Shown here one piece after another: positions 28,431-38,036 of a DNA stretch of 64,000 bases. Position 1 is the stretch's first letter, and each line of letters starts with the position of its first letter. This DNA is from an uncultured Candidatus Peribacteria bacterium (lineage in GTDB: Bacteria; Patescibacteriota; Gracilibacteria; UBA1369; 2-02-FULL-48-14). Under the pieces are notes generated by a model. The model worked only from the letters and a program-made list of their open reading frames with translations. It had not been told where the DNA came from and did not search any database. The DNA is taken from positions 2,155 to 66,154 of the forward strand of contig CAZROM010000002.1 of NCBI GenBank assembly GCA_964601715.1. Direction: 5' to 3'. Position numbers and translations under genes: made by a program.

Positions 28431-29033
28431 ATGGCTGCATCGAATCGATACTCAAGATTGGAAAATGAACCTTTCCCAGTTTTTCCTGATGTGGAGGTAG
28501 AGATTGCAGATGGTTTATCTGCCCCTGATTATTCTGAACGTCTCGAACTGCCGGTGGCTGAGTTACCTGCGGATGAAGAGCAAGCGAGAGAAGTGATTCG
28601 TACTGCGCTTTTAGGAAATCAGGCCTTGTTGAGACGAATTGGTGTTTTGTCTAATCCCTTTGTTTTTGGAGTAGGTGGAAATGCACTTGTACTGGGAGGT
28701 GATGAAATTCCTGCTCGCACGGGAGCTTCTGATAAAGCCAATCATTTTGCAGAAGCTATGTCTAGAGCTGTTGATCTTCGCGTCAATCAACTTACTGATT
28801 TGAGGAGGTTTTTTATTAATGGGCATTTCCCCGTTACAGATGCCCCTATTTGGATTCCGGGCACAGAGGAAGTGTTGCCCGTTCCACCCAGAGAGCGCAG
28901 AAAAGGTAGCCCAGCTGAGGTTAGAGTTGCTGATGTGATTTCACCAAGAGGTTGGGTGGATTCAGCTAGAGTAAATACTCAGGCAGGCTTACTTCCCGCC
29001 ATTGTGGTTCAGTTTGTTTTTGATAGAGACTGA
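28431..29033 (+). CDS. Hypothetical protein (200 aa)
   Basis: ATG-initiated ORF behind a strong promoter. No motif was recognised. Confidence 0.6.
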   Translation: MAASNRYSRLENEPFPVFPDVEVEIADGLSAPDYSERLELPVAELPADEEQAREVIRTALLGNQALLRRIGVLSNPFVFGVGGNALVLGGDEIPARTGASDKANHFAEAMSRAVDLRVNQLTDLRRFFINGHFPVTDAPIWIPGTEEVLPVPPRERRKGSPAEVRVADVISPRGWVDSARVNTQAGLLPAIVVQFVFDRD

Positions 29034-29302
29034 GCGTTCGTTTGATTTTCCATCGCCATCCTTACCGATTGTGTAATCACTGCGACGACGGAGAAAATCA
29101 GCGCTTCTTCAGGACTGCCGACTTCGACATTTAAAACTTGTACCTTAATTTCACTGCCTTTCGGGATGTCTTCAGTAAACTGAATTGTTACTGCGGCGTG
29201 TCTGAACTTTTTTAAAAGCTGATCAACCGTATCATCTTTGGTCACTTCAAAACTGATGATGGAGGATGTTTCTTTATCGGCGCTCAAACAGACGATGGGC
29301 AT
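29009..29302 (-). CDS. Hypothetical protein (97 aa)
   Basis: ATG-initiated ORF that converges on the 200-aa ORF with a 25-nt overlap. No motif was recognised. Confidence 0.4.
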   Translation of the reverse strand: MPIVCLSADKETSSIISFEVTKDDTVDQLLKKFRHAAVTIQFTEDIPKGSEIKVQVLNVEVGSPEEALIFSVVAVITQSVRMAMENQTNAQSLSKTN

Positions 29303-29405
29303 GTTTTTTGTTGTGAGGCTATGAATTTAAATATTAATTTTTCGTTTGTCAAAAGGTCTTTTGGACTGGTTTTTACCTTTCTTTGAGAAGTGCTAAACTT
29401 TGGCC

Positions 29406-30149
29406 ATGGGTCTTTATCTTCTCGTTTTCTTCTCGATTTTGTTCTCCACTTTTTTGAGTTCAATGTCGGGAGGGGGGTCGTCGGTCATCAGTCTGCCCAT
29501 CCTTTTGTGGGCGGGTGTGCCTTTGCCTTTGGCGATTGCGGTGCATAAAGTGGCTGCAGTTTTTTGGACGCCCATTTCGGCGCAAACTTATTTGAAAGGA
29601 CGAAAGGTGGATTGGAGTTTTCTTTTTTTATTCGCGGCGATTGGTTTGATAGGGATTTATTTTGGCGTGCAGTTCATCACTCAAGTGGACGCTGAGGTTC
29701 TTTCTAAGGTGATAGGAGGGGTCATTTTGATTTTTGTTCTGTATACAGCTCTTAAGAAAGATCTTGGTCTTAAGGAGCATAGGATTTCCTCCGACTTCAA
29801 GCGTAAACTTTCCTATTTTTTGGCGCTCCCTATGGGGTTTTATGAGGGGCTGCTGGGTTCGGGCAATGGAATAGCTTTTGCGGCCCTCACGTTTTACACG
29901 CGTGGCTTTGATTTGATCCACGCCTTGGGTTACTACTTTGCGATCGCTTTCTTTTGGGTCACTTTCGAGTCTGTACTCTTGATTCAGGCTGGGTATTTTG
30001 ATTGGAAGATCATGCTGGCTGGCGTGCTTGGCTCTATGGTGGGAAGCACCTTGGGTTCACGCTTGGCGCGCTTCAAGGGGAACCGCTTTGTGAAGCGAGT
30101 TTTCATCGTCATTGGAGCGTTTTTGGCTTTGAAGTTGCTGGTGGGGTGA
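29406..30149 (+). CDS. TauE/SafE (TSUP) family anion exporter
   Basis: About eight TM helices. The signature SGGGSSVISLPILLWAGVP is present, and the second half is an internal repeat. Confidence 0.8.
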   Translation: MGLYLLVFFSILFSTFLSSMSGGGSSVISLPILLWAGVPLPLAIAVHKVAAVFWTPISAQTYLKGRKVDWSFLFLFAAIGLIGIYFGVQFITQVDAEVLSKVIGGVILIFVLYTALKKDLGLKEHRISSDFKRKLSYFLALPMGFYEGLLGSGNGIAFAALTFYTRGFDLIHALGYYFAIAFFWVTFESVLLIQAGYFDWKIMLAGVLGSMVGSTLGSRLARFKGNRFVKRVFIVIGAFLALKLLVG

Positions 30150-30205
30150 CTGGTGTTTGAATCTTGGTTTTAGATTCAGTTGGACGCCTGGATCTACGCC
30201 CTATC

Positions 30206-31003
30206 TTATGTTGTTCTTCGTTCCTTATGCAGTTGAGCAGCGCCATCGAAGTAAGCTTCGATCTCAGGAAGGGTGACTCTGCTCGCTTGAGTGACTTTAT
30301 CCATCCATCGATTGAAGTTTTCTGAACCTCGTGAGGCTTTTTCAATGTTGTTTTTCTCGCCTATTCCTCCAATACGTTTCATGGCCATTTGTCCTCCATT
30401 GACTGTGTAGCTCATTTGATAAAGTCCTCCATCGTCTCCGATTACCACGAAGATGAAGGTACGTCCTTGTTGTTGCACTACTTCTAGAGGTGTGGCGCGG
30501 ACCTCAGGTAGGGGTTGCGCAGGATCGAATTCGAAATTGTTGGTTATATCTCTGAAGGGGATCTTTCGTTCGACACCAAATGTTCCATCTTCATTCACAG
30601 AACCTTTGATGCTCGTCCAAACTCCTCGAACAACGGGATAAGCGCTTGTTTCAAAAACACCAGCACGGTAGACGGGGATGGGATCTCGCATTTGAATGCG
30701 AGCGTCTAGAAAGTGAGCTTGTCGGCCGTCATCTGTTGGTAGATCTTTCACTAAGACGCCGGTGTGTCTGCGCGGATCGTCACCTGAAACATTCGTCTTT
30801 TCAATCTCTATGGCATCTAAGTCGATCTCTTGAAGGCGAGTGCATAAATCTCGAGAAATATATCTGCAGTCACCACCAAAACGAGGATCGGTCTCTTGTC
30901 TTGCGACGTGATAATGACCTGTTGCAGTGTTGTAAGGAATCCTTCCAGCGAGACGAAGGTGGTCTACCGCTAGTCCTAACTGTGTGCTATCTAGATTATT
31001 CAT
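30206..31003 (-). CDS. Hypothetical protein with a possible Cys-His-Asp (NAT/transglutaminase-like) arrangement
   Basis: GGDC(46)RYISRDL ... RRH(80)TGVLV ... AHFLD(100)A. The spacing resembles the arylamine N-acetyltransferase triad. The match is weak and made by eye only. Confidence 0.3.
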   Translation of the reverse strand: MNNLDSTQLGLAVDHLRLAGRIPYNTATGHYHVARQETDPRFGGDCRYISRDLCTRLQEIDLDAIEIEKTNVSGDDPRRHTGVLVKDLPTDDGRQAHFLDARIQMRDPIPVYRAGVFETSAYPVVRGVWTSIKGSVNEDGTFGVERKIPFRDITNNFEFDPAQPLPEVRATPLEVVQQQGRTFIFVVIGDDGGLYQMSYTVNGGQMAMKRIGGIGEKNNIEKASRGSENFNRWMDKVTQASRVTLPEIEAYFDGAAQLHKERRTT

Positions 31004-31102
31004 TGCAGTTAAAATAACATAATAACGCTAATTTGTAAACTCTCTCAGCAGTGATTGTTTCATGGCGGTGAGGCGGGTATTTTAAGAATACTAAGCTTTT
31101 TT

Positions 31103-33148
31103 ATGCTCGACTATCGACTCGATTCCAAAATTCTGAAAACGCGCGATGCTTATATCCTGAAGCTCAAGGATATGGGCGTGAAGACGTTGGCGGATTTGCT
31201 GACGTATTTTCCGAGGGCGTATCGAGATGAACAGGAGTTCACCAAGATCAATGAAATGCGAACGGATGAGGTGAATGTGATTCAGGCCAAGATCAAATCC
31301 ATCCTCAATGTGCCCACGCGGGCTGGGGGAGTGGTGACGCGTGCGGTGGTGGCGGACGACACAGGTGAACTGCCGGTGATGTGGTTCAATCAACGTCACT
31401 TAAAACAGATGTTTTTTAAGGGAAGCGACATCGTTTTGACAGGGAAAATCAAGTTCGAAAAGGGGAGGAGCATGATGATGAGTCCCAAGTACGAAAAACC
31501 TTCGACGGTGCTGCTGCACACGGGGCGCATTGTGCCGGTGTATCCAGAAAGTGAGGAAATCACGTCGAAATGGCTTAGGGAAAAGATTTATAGCGTGTTG
31601 CCCTATGCAAAATTCTTCGACGAATATTTGCCTTTTTGGGTCTTGCAAGGGGAGGGGCTCTTACCTTATAGCGAGGCGATTTATCACGCGCATTTTGCAA
31701 AAGACGAAGATTTTTTAAACAAAGCGCGCGAACGCTTGGCGTTTGATGAACTGTTCATGCTGCAGTTCATGGCGCTGCGTCGCAAAAAATGGTGGCAAGA
31801 AGGGTTTTCGGGCGAGAAAAAGCAACTGAGCCCCGAACTTGACATGGATCCTTTTTATTTGGCTTTGCCTTTTGAACTCACGGGCGCGCAAAAGCGCACG
31901 ATTGGTGAGATTTTTGATGACTTGAGGCGAGATTTCCCGATGTTGCGCTTGGTTCAAGGAGACGTGGGCTCGGGTAAAACGGCGGTGGCGGCTGCGGCCA
32001 TTTTTGCGATGGTGAAGTCGGGTTATCAGTGTGTGCTCATGGCGCCGACGGAAATCTTGGCTCGTCAGCACTACAAGAATTTGACAGAGCTGCTCACTCG
32101 TTTTGGATTCAATGTTCAACTGATGACGGGTTCGATGACGGCTGGCGAGCACAGCGCCGTGGCCATGCAACTGGCTACGGGAACCTGCGACGTGGTGATT
32201 GGTACGCACGCCTTGATTCAAGAAGGAATCACTTTTCCTAAATTGGGTCTGGTGGTGATCGACGAGCAGCACCGCTTTGGAGTGAAGCAGCGCGCCAAAC
32301 TCAAGGCTCAGGGATTTCCGCACTTGCTCAATTTGTCGGCCACACCGATTCCTCGCACCATGGCGCTAACGATTTATGGCGATCAGGATTTGTCGATCCT
32401 CGATGAACTGCCTCCCGGACGCACGCCGATCGTGACGCGACTGGTGCCGGAAGCCAAACGAGGCGATGCCGAATTCTGGGTCTCGGATCAAGTGACCAAA
32501 GGACGACAAGTGTTTGTGGTGTGTCCGCTCATCGAAGAGTCCGATGCGGTGCAGGTTAAAGCGGCGACCATGGAGTTTGAACGGCTTTCGAAAGACGTCT
32601 TCCCGCAACATCGACTCGCACTCTTGCATGGAAAAATGAAGGCCGACGACAAGGACACCGTGATGCAGGCTTTTTCGCAAGGCACCGTGGACATTCTCGT
32701 TTCAACGTCCGTCGTGGAAGTCGGAATCGATGTGCCGAATGCGTCCATCATGATGATTGAAGGCGCGGATCGATTTGGCTTGGCTCAATTGCATCAATTT
32801 CGGGGGAGAGTCGGGCGAGGTGCGCACCAGTCCTATTGCTTCTTGTTTACAGATTCAAACACGGACCAAGCCTTGCAAAGATTGAAATTTATGGTACAGT
32901 TTAATTCTGGCTTCGATTTGGCTGAAAAAGACCTCGAACTCAGAGGTCCCGGAGAAATCTACGGCGTGAAACAAAGTGGAATTCCGGACCTGCGCATGGC
33001 AAGTTTCAGCAACAAAGAACTTTTGGATCGTGTTCGAGCCTGCGCACAGCGTCTTGTGGACGAAGATCCCAATTTGAGCGGCTATCCAGCACTCGCACAG
33101 AAAATCCTCAAATTAGAGTCCCAAATGGAAGTCACAGACGCAGCTTAA
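31103..33148 (+). CDS. recG: ATP-dependent DNA helicase RecG
   Basis: Walker A is GDVGSGKT and the DEQH box is VIDEQHRFGV. LSATPIPRT and QLHQFRGRVGRG are also present. The start was set at the ATG at 31103. Confidence 0.95.
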   Translation: MLDYRLDSKILKTRDAYILKLKDMGVKTLADLLTYFPRAYRDEQEFTKINEMRTDEVNVIQAKIKSILNVPTRAGGVVTRAVVADDTGELPVMWFNQRHLKQMFFKGSDIVLTGKIKFEKGRSMMMSPKYEKPSTVLLHTGRIVPVYPESEEITSKWLREKIYSVLPYAKFFDEYLPFWVLQGEGLLPYSEAIYHAHFAKDEDFLNKARERLAFDELFMLQFMALRRKKWWQEGFSGEKKQLSPELDMDPFYLALPFELTGAQKRTIGEIFDDLRRDFPMLRLVQGDVGSGKTAVAAAAIFAMVKSGYQCVLMAPTEILARQHYKNLTELLTRFGFNVQLMTGSMTAGEHSAVAMQLATGTCDVVIGTHALIQEGITFPKLGLVVIDEQHRFGVKQRAKLKAQGFPHLLNLSATPIPRTMALTIYGDQDLSILDELPPGRTPIVTRLVPEAKRGDAEFWVSDQVTKGRQVFVVCPLIEESDAVQVKAATMEFERLSKDVFPQHRLALLHGKMKADDKDTVMQAFSQGTVDILVSTSVVEVGIDVPNASIMMIEGADRFGLAQLHQFRGRVGRGAHQSYCFLFTDSNTDQALQRLKFMVQFNSGFDLAEKDLELRGPGEIYGVKQSGIPDLRMASFSNKELLDRVRACAQRLVDEDPNLSGYPALAQKILKLESQMEVTDAA

Positions 33149-33186
33149 GTTGTTTTTAAAAATTTATCACGTTATAGCGCATTTTT

Positions 33187-33381
33187 ATGGGATGTGATTT
33201 AGGACACGATGATGATGAGCATCTACTAAATAATCCGGATGACATCAATAATAATGAGGAATGTTGGCGGATTGCTAATGGAGATGAACGGTTAGACGAT
33301 ATCTGCTCTACAAGAGAGCAGGTCGCGAGGGCTTTAGCTGCTCTTACTGATTTTATACGAACCTTCTTAACTAAGGAGTAA
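33187..33381 (+). CDS. Small, very acidic ORF (64 aa), uncertain
   Basis: ATG-initiated ORF in an AT-rich spacer, followed by the hairpin CGCACAA-GATACA-TTGTGCG (33385-33404). An ORF of similar length exists on the opposite strand. Confidence 0.3.
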   Translation: MGCDLGHDDDEHLLNNPDDINNNEECWRIANGDERLDDICSTREQVARALAALTDFIRTFLTKE

Positions 33382-33444
33382 CTTCGCACAAGATACATTG
33401 TGCGGGATTATTAATCATTCTAATCTGGTGATCGATCAGCTCCC

Positions 33445-36396
33445 CTACTTGGCGGGTGTTTCTTCCGGGTCTTCTGCAAGGGGCAAATCGATTTCAATGG
33501 GCTCTTGATCTTTCGTATCGAATATGAGTTCGTAACCCAGTTTGCCCACTTCAACAGCGGTGACTCCGACCATCCCCTTCCCTGCGACGTTCTTCATCAC
33601 ACGTAAAAGTTCTTGGTATCCACCGAGTGCTTTGGCTAGACCTTGTACTTCTGGAACAATGGCTTTGGCTGCGGCGATCACTTCAGGGCCTTTACCTGCA
33701 GCTCGAAGGGCGCCTTCAATAGTATTTGAAGTTCCGTAAATAGCAGCGCCTCCTGCGCCACCCACTTCAACTGTCGCACCTCCACCAATAGCTGCTAAAG
33801 CGTCGCTTCCCAAATTGTAGGCGCCAAAGACTACACGTGTTAGTCGATTCCATGTTCCTGCCTCTTTTCCCGTGAATAATTCTTTTCCGGTTGCGACGGT
33901 GTACCAGTCGGAAGCTCCAAATGGAGACAGTACGTCAGCAATGATTTGGAGTACATCCCAACCGAATTCTTTACCCCAGTCGTAGACTTTTCCAGCTGCA
34001 TAGGCTTCTTTTTGTTCATCACTACATTCAAGATATTCAAGCCCAATAGCGGCTGTTCCGAATATGATTTGTAATTTTCCTGTAGATCGTTCTCCCATTT
34101 CTCTTAAGATTCCTCGGACCCCACTTGCGTGTGCCATTTCTGTTTTGAGCAATCCTTTGAGTGCGGTTTGTTCTTCTTTGCTGAGCTCTTTAGAATGAGT
34201 TTTTAGGTCTTCGAATATACTCTTGTAACGAGTTCTTACTTCTTCGAGGTGCGCTCGAGTTTCTTGTGTAAGTGCATCAATCTCTGTTTGAGGTTTTCCG
34301 TCTCGAGTCATTTGCTCTACCTTTTCTTGGAAAGATTTCATGTAGGCATCACTTTCTTCTACACTCTTGCGAAGGGCTTCAATTTTCCCCATGTTGGGCT
34401 GAGCTTCAATGGCATCGGGTGCTAATCGGGCCTTGGTTTCGTCTAAGGAATTCATTTGAGGTGCTCTTGGATTTACTTCGTCTTGGAAGGCGTGGATGAA
34501 TTCTTTTATGTCTTCACGATGTTCTCTGAAGTCACGAAGATCATATGGAAATTTTGGATTTTTAACGCCTTTTGCCCTCTGATAATCCTCCCAACTTTTA
34601 CCGAATTCTACGAAGTGGAATTTCTCCATTCGTTCAAAATGCTCGGGCTCCAGAGTGTTGAGACGTACGAGATGTGCATCGGTTAATCGCCCTTTTTCTA
34701 CTCGTTGCACTCGATCGAAGTATTTTTCGTATTCTTTAATGTGCCTAAGGGCTTGATCTTTGGCTCGTGTTATTTTGACGTCTTGGGTCCGGAATAGACT
34801 TCCTAGTTTTTCTCCTTCATTTTGAGCCTGGGCCATTCTGTAGTCTGCCTCCGTGAGGACTTTTGCCAAACCTTTTTCACCCGCTTTGACCATTTTTATG
34901 GAATTCCAGATGGCACCTACGGGGCCGAGGAGTGCTCCTCTCAATCCTCCTATTGTAAGCCCTCTCGTGATGCTTTCTCCTTTCCATAAGGCCGCCATGG
35001 TTCCCATTGCCATTCCTGTTCCCATGAACCATACCCCCCCGTTTTCGTACCAACTGATTCCTCCTTCGACAACGTTTTTGGCAGCGCCATGGAAATCCCC
35101 TCTTCCCGCATTGTAAACGAATAAACCAGCGTGTTTGAATTCGTCTGCTAGAATGGTTCCAGAAGAAACAAGAATCCCTGTCGCTCCTTTTGCGATGAAG
35201 GTCCCCCATTCAGTTTGAACAAGAGTGGCGCCGTCTTTAAGAGCTCCTTCGGTAAGAATCACAGCAGCTTCTTCTTTGCTTTCGGCATCTTTTGCTCGCT
35301 TGAATGCCTCTGCGGTTGCGGGCAATTCTCCTTTTGCCTTTTCGGGATCATCGGTAATGGTTAGGTCGCCATTTTCTGGGCTCTTATCGTCGCCTTCTTC
35401 TGTTTTTTCTCCTTTTTCACCGACTTGTTCGTGAGCTTTAAGAGCTAGGAATTTTTGAAAAATTTCTCCGATGGTGAGCTTTTCGAGTTCTTTGTCGGAG
35501 ATTTTAAGTTCGGCTTTGTGAGCTTCGATGTAGTCGGCGATTTTATCTTCTTCGGCCACACGTTTGAGTTCGTCATCCACATTGGTAAATGGGATGTCTT
35601 CCACTTGGACGCCTGCCCATTCAAGCCCTTTGGTGAGGTAGCTTTTTTTGCGGTCTTTGGCGCGTTGTTCTTTAAAGTGGTTGTACCCTACCGTTTGAAG
35701 TTCGGCGAGGTGGCGTTTTTCGATATCGAGTTCGTCGGAAAAATATTCAATGGTTGGATTGTCGGTGTCGTAAACGAGTTGTTCGTAAGCCTCTTTAAGA
35801 TGATCTGGCCCTTTTTTCAAGGTTTCAAAGAACTTCTTCAAGCTTCCGTTATTGATAGTGAAGTCGAAAGCCTTTTGAATCCATTCAAAAAACGTGCCTC
35901 TAAAAACAAATCCTGTGGCGCCGAGCAGTCCGAGCCCCCAGCCCCATGGAAAATCTTTCACTTTTTCTACAAAGTCCTTTCCTTTTTCAATGAGTCCTTT
36001 GTCTTCTTTTTCCTCGTCGGTTTTCCCCTCTCCTTTATCTTTTTCTGTGGTGTCATCTGTAAATAGGGACTCTGCCCATTTGGTCATTTTGTAGGCACCG
36101 ATGGCTCCGATTCCACCTGCTGCCAGGTAAGCTGTGAGGGTCATCCAGCTGAACTCTTTGGGATTTTCTCCTTTTTCCATTCGTTCTCGCATTTTTTCTC
36201 CTTCCTTGCTTCGAAGATACGCATCGACTCTCTCCCCAAAACTATTATTTCTTTGGTGAATATCTAAAGAAAGATCCGCACGTGCTTGAGCTGGTGTTTT
36301 TTCTCTTTCGAGTTGGCTTTCATTACCCGTTTCAAGAGTGTTTTGTGATCCTTGTGGAAGTCTGGCGTTCATTGAAGAGGTTTTAAATCTCTTCAT
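33445..36396 (-). CDS. Large (983 aa) multi-pass membrane / coiled-coil protein with a PT-TG-like motif near the C-terminus
   Basis: Several Gly/Ala-rich hydrophobic segments and long charged coiled-coil stretches are present. LSPFGASDWYTVATGKELFTGKEAGTWNRLTRVVFG (nt 33823-33930) resembles the pre-toxin TG domain. The tail is Gly-zipper-like (GGGATVEVGGAGGAAIYG). Confidence 0.6.
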   Translation of the reverse strand: MKRFKTSSMNARLPQGSQNTLETGNESQLEREKTPAQARADLSLDIHQRNNSFGERVDAYLRSKEGEKMRERMEKGENPKEFSWMTLTAYLAAGGIGAIGAYKMTKWAESLFTDDTTEKDKGEGKTDEEKEDKGLIEKGKDFVEKVKDFPWGWGLGLLGATGFVFRGTFFEWIQKAFDFTINNGSLKKFFETLKKGPDHLKEAYEQLVYDTDNPTIEYFSDELDIEKRHLAELQTVGYNHFKEQRAKDRKKSYLTKGLEWAGVQVEDIPFTNVDDELKRVAEEDKIADYIEAHKAELKISDKELEKLTIGEIFQKFLALKAHEQVGEKGEKTEEGDDKSPENGDLTITDDPEKAKGELPATAEAFKRAKDAESKEEAAVILTEGALKDGATLVQTEWGTFIAKGATGILVSSGTILADEFKHAGLFVYNAGRGDFHGAAKNVVEGGISWYENGGVWFMGTGMAMGTMAALWKGESITRGLTIGGLRGALLGPVGAIWNSIKMVKAGEKGLAKVLTEADYRMAQAQNEGEKLGSLFRTQDVKITRAKDQALRHIKEYEKYFDRVQRVEKGRLTDAHLVRLNTLEPEHFERMEKFHFVEFGKSWEDYQRAKGVKNPKFPYDLRDFREHREDIKEFIHAFQDEVNPRAPQMNSLDETKARLAPDAIEAQPNMGKIEALRKSVEESDAYMKSFQEKVEQMTRDGKPQTEIDALTQETRAHLEEVRTRYKSIFEDLKTHSKELSKEEQTALKGLLKTEMAHASGVRGILREMGERSTGKLQIIFGTAAIGLEYLECSDEQKEAYAAGKVYDWGKEFGWDVLQIIADVLSPFGASDWYTVATGKELFTGKEAGTWNRLTRVVFGAYNLGSDALAAIGGGATVEVGGAGGAAIYGTSNTIEGALRAAGKGPEVIAAAKAIVPEVQGLAKALGGYQELLRVMKNVAGKGMVGVTAVEVGKLGYELIFDTKDQEPIEIDLPLAEDPEETPAK

Positions 36397-36418
36397 TATA
36401 CCTGAAAATCTGTTTTTT

Positions 36419-38029
36419 TTAAAGGGCTTTGGTCATATAGGTTCCTTCGAGCTCGTAACCCCATTTGCGGTAGTAGTTACGAGTGCCGACGCCGGCGATG
36501 ATGGCCATTTTTTTGAAGCCGTCTTTTTTGGCGAGTTCTTCGGCTTTTTCGAGCATGCGTCGTCCGAGGCCGGCGTGTTGTGAGGCTTCTTTGTTTGCGG
36601 TTCCGATTTGCATTTCGGCGCCGTAGACGTGGACTTCGCGAATGAGAGCAGCACCATCGAGTTCAGGAATGAAGTGTGGTTTGCCTTGTAAGGAATACGA
36701 GGAGTAACGCATGCGCAGAAGCGAGCAGAGTTTGTCTCGTTTTTCATCGTTGAAGCTGATGAAGAATTCTTTTCCATCGGCCGCTTCGTATTCTTCCACC
36801 CGAAGGATGGTGACGTTGGGATCGTAGGATTCGCCTTTGATTTCGCGGCAGCGGATGCAGCGGCAGAATTTTTTGTCGGCGTTCATGCGCTCTTCGAGCA
36901 ATTGGCGCATGTTGGTTTTTTGACTTCCTTCTAAAATGGATTCTCCTGGAATGTCGCGGAAGAGACGTTCGACGCGAACGTAATCCGGCAGCTCGAGCTG
37001 CATTTTGTAGAGCAAATCCATGAGCACTTCGTCGCTGTAGGCTTCGTAACGACCTTCCTTCCACCACTGTTCGAGCTCCGCGTAAGGCGTGACCACGCAA
37101 GGGTAAATCTTGACTTGATCGGGTTTGAAAGCGGGATTGCGGAAAAATTCTTGGACCACCCAGAGGTCAAGTTCGGGAGTGCTGCCGGGCAGGTTCGGCA
37201 TGAGGTGAGTCGCGATTTTAAAGCCTGCGTCACGGAGGAGTTTCATGGCATGAACGGTGTCTTCGATTTTTTCGCCGCGTTTGTTGAGGTCGAGCACGGC
37301 TTGGTCGATGTGTTGCACTCCGATTTGAACTTTGGTGCAGCCGAGACGTCGCATGTTTAGAATTTCGTCTTCGGTGATGTGATCGGGACGTGTTTCGAGA
37401 CTCAGTCCGATGATCTTGTGTTTGGCGGATTCATTGATGATTTGCGCTTCTTCCAGTGAGCGGCCTGTCTTCCCTTTTTCGTCGGGAAGTCCTTTGTTGC
37501 AGGCGTTGAACAGAGCGCGTACGAAATCGGTTTGATAGCGACGGTTGTAGGCTGAAAAGGTTCCGCCCAGCACGATCATTTCGATTTTATCGGTTTCGTG
37601 ACCCTGACGAGTGAGACTGTCGATGCGAGTTATAACCTGATCTTCAGGATGGAAATCGTCCAAAACGGCGCGCATGGCGCCGGGTTCGTTCGAAAGATAG
37701 GACTTGGGCATTCCCGGTTCTGTGGGGCAGAACACACACTTTCCTGGGCACGGATAAGGTTTGGTGAGCACCGTGAGCACGCTCACGCCCGACAAGGTTC
37801 GGATTTTGCGTTTGCGGATGAGGCGCTGCAGGACTTTATCCCCTTCCCATCCGGTTTTGAGCAAGTCTTCGTAGGCGACTTGAAGCTGAAAGTTGCTGGG
37901 TAAAGGAATTTTGAACTCGCGGGCGAAGAGTTTTTTGAGTTTGTGAAGCTCCTCCTCAGATTTCTCCTTGAGTTTGGAAGCTTGTTTCAGCAGGTTTTGA
38001 AGTATATTCTCCTCTTGAATGATTTTCAT
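36419..38029 (-). CDS. elp3: Elp3-type radical-SAM / GNAT tRNA uridine(34) modification enzyme
   Basis: RTLSGVSVLTVLTKPYPCPGKCVFCP...SYLSNEPGAMRA...GHETDKIEMIVLGGTF is the radical-SAM part. The C-terminal GNAT part reads QHAGLGRRMLEKAEELA...IAGVGTRNYYRKWGYELEGTYMTKAL. The start was set at the ATG at 38029. Confidence 0.85.
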   Translation of the reverse strand: MKIIQEENILQNLLKQASKLKEKSEEELHKLKKLFAREFKIPLPSNFQLQVAYEDLLKTGWEGDKVLQRLIRKRKIRTLSGVSVLTVLTKPYPCPGKCVFCPTEPGMPKSYLSNEPGAMRAVLDDFHPEDQVITRIDSLTRQGHETDKIEMIVLGGTFSAYNRRYQTDFVRALFNACNKGLPDEKGKTGRSLEEAQIINESAKHKIIGLSLETRPDHITEDEILNMRRLGCTKVQIGVQHIDQAVLDLNKRGEKIEDTVHAMKLLRDAGFKIATHLMPNLPGSTPELDLWVVQEFFRNPAFKPDQVKIYPCVVTPYAELEQWWKEGRYEAYSDEVLMDLLYKMQLELPDYVRVERLFRDIPGESILEGSQKTNMRQLLEERMNADKKFCRCIRCREIKGESYDPNVTILRVEEYEAADGKEFFISFNDEKRDKLCSLLRMRYSSYSLQGKPHFIPELDGAALIREVHVYGAEMQIGTANKEASQHAGLGRRMLEKAEELAKKDGFKKMAIIAGVGTRNYYRKWGYELEGTYMTKAL

Positions 38030-38036
38030 AAGCACT

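Noticed and set aside
31715-32323. A 202-aa ORF runs antisense to recG, and a 203-aa ORF (35455-36066) runs antisense to the 983-aa gene.
   Set aside because: Both are shadow ORFs. The sense frames are much longer and carry motifs.
33156-33398. An 80-aa minus-strand ORF lies downstream of the 983-aa gene and could be an immunity-gene candidate.
   Set aside because: Its composition is Ser/Leu/Arg-rich and low-complexity in an AT-rich spacer, and it fully overlaps the plus-strand acidic ORF. Neither can be confirmed, and I listed only the plus-strand ORF, at low confidence.
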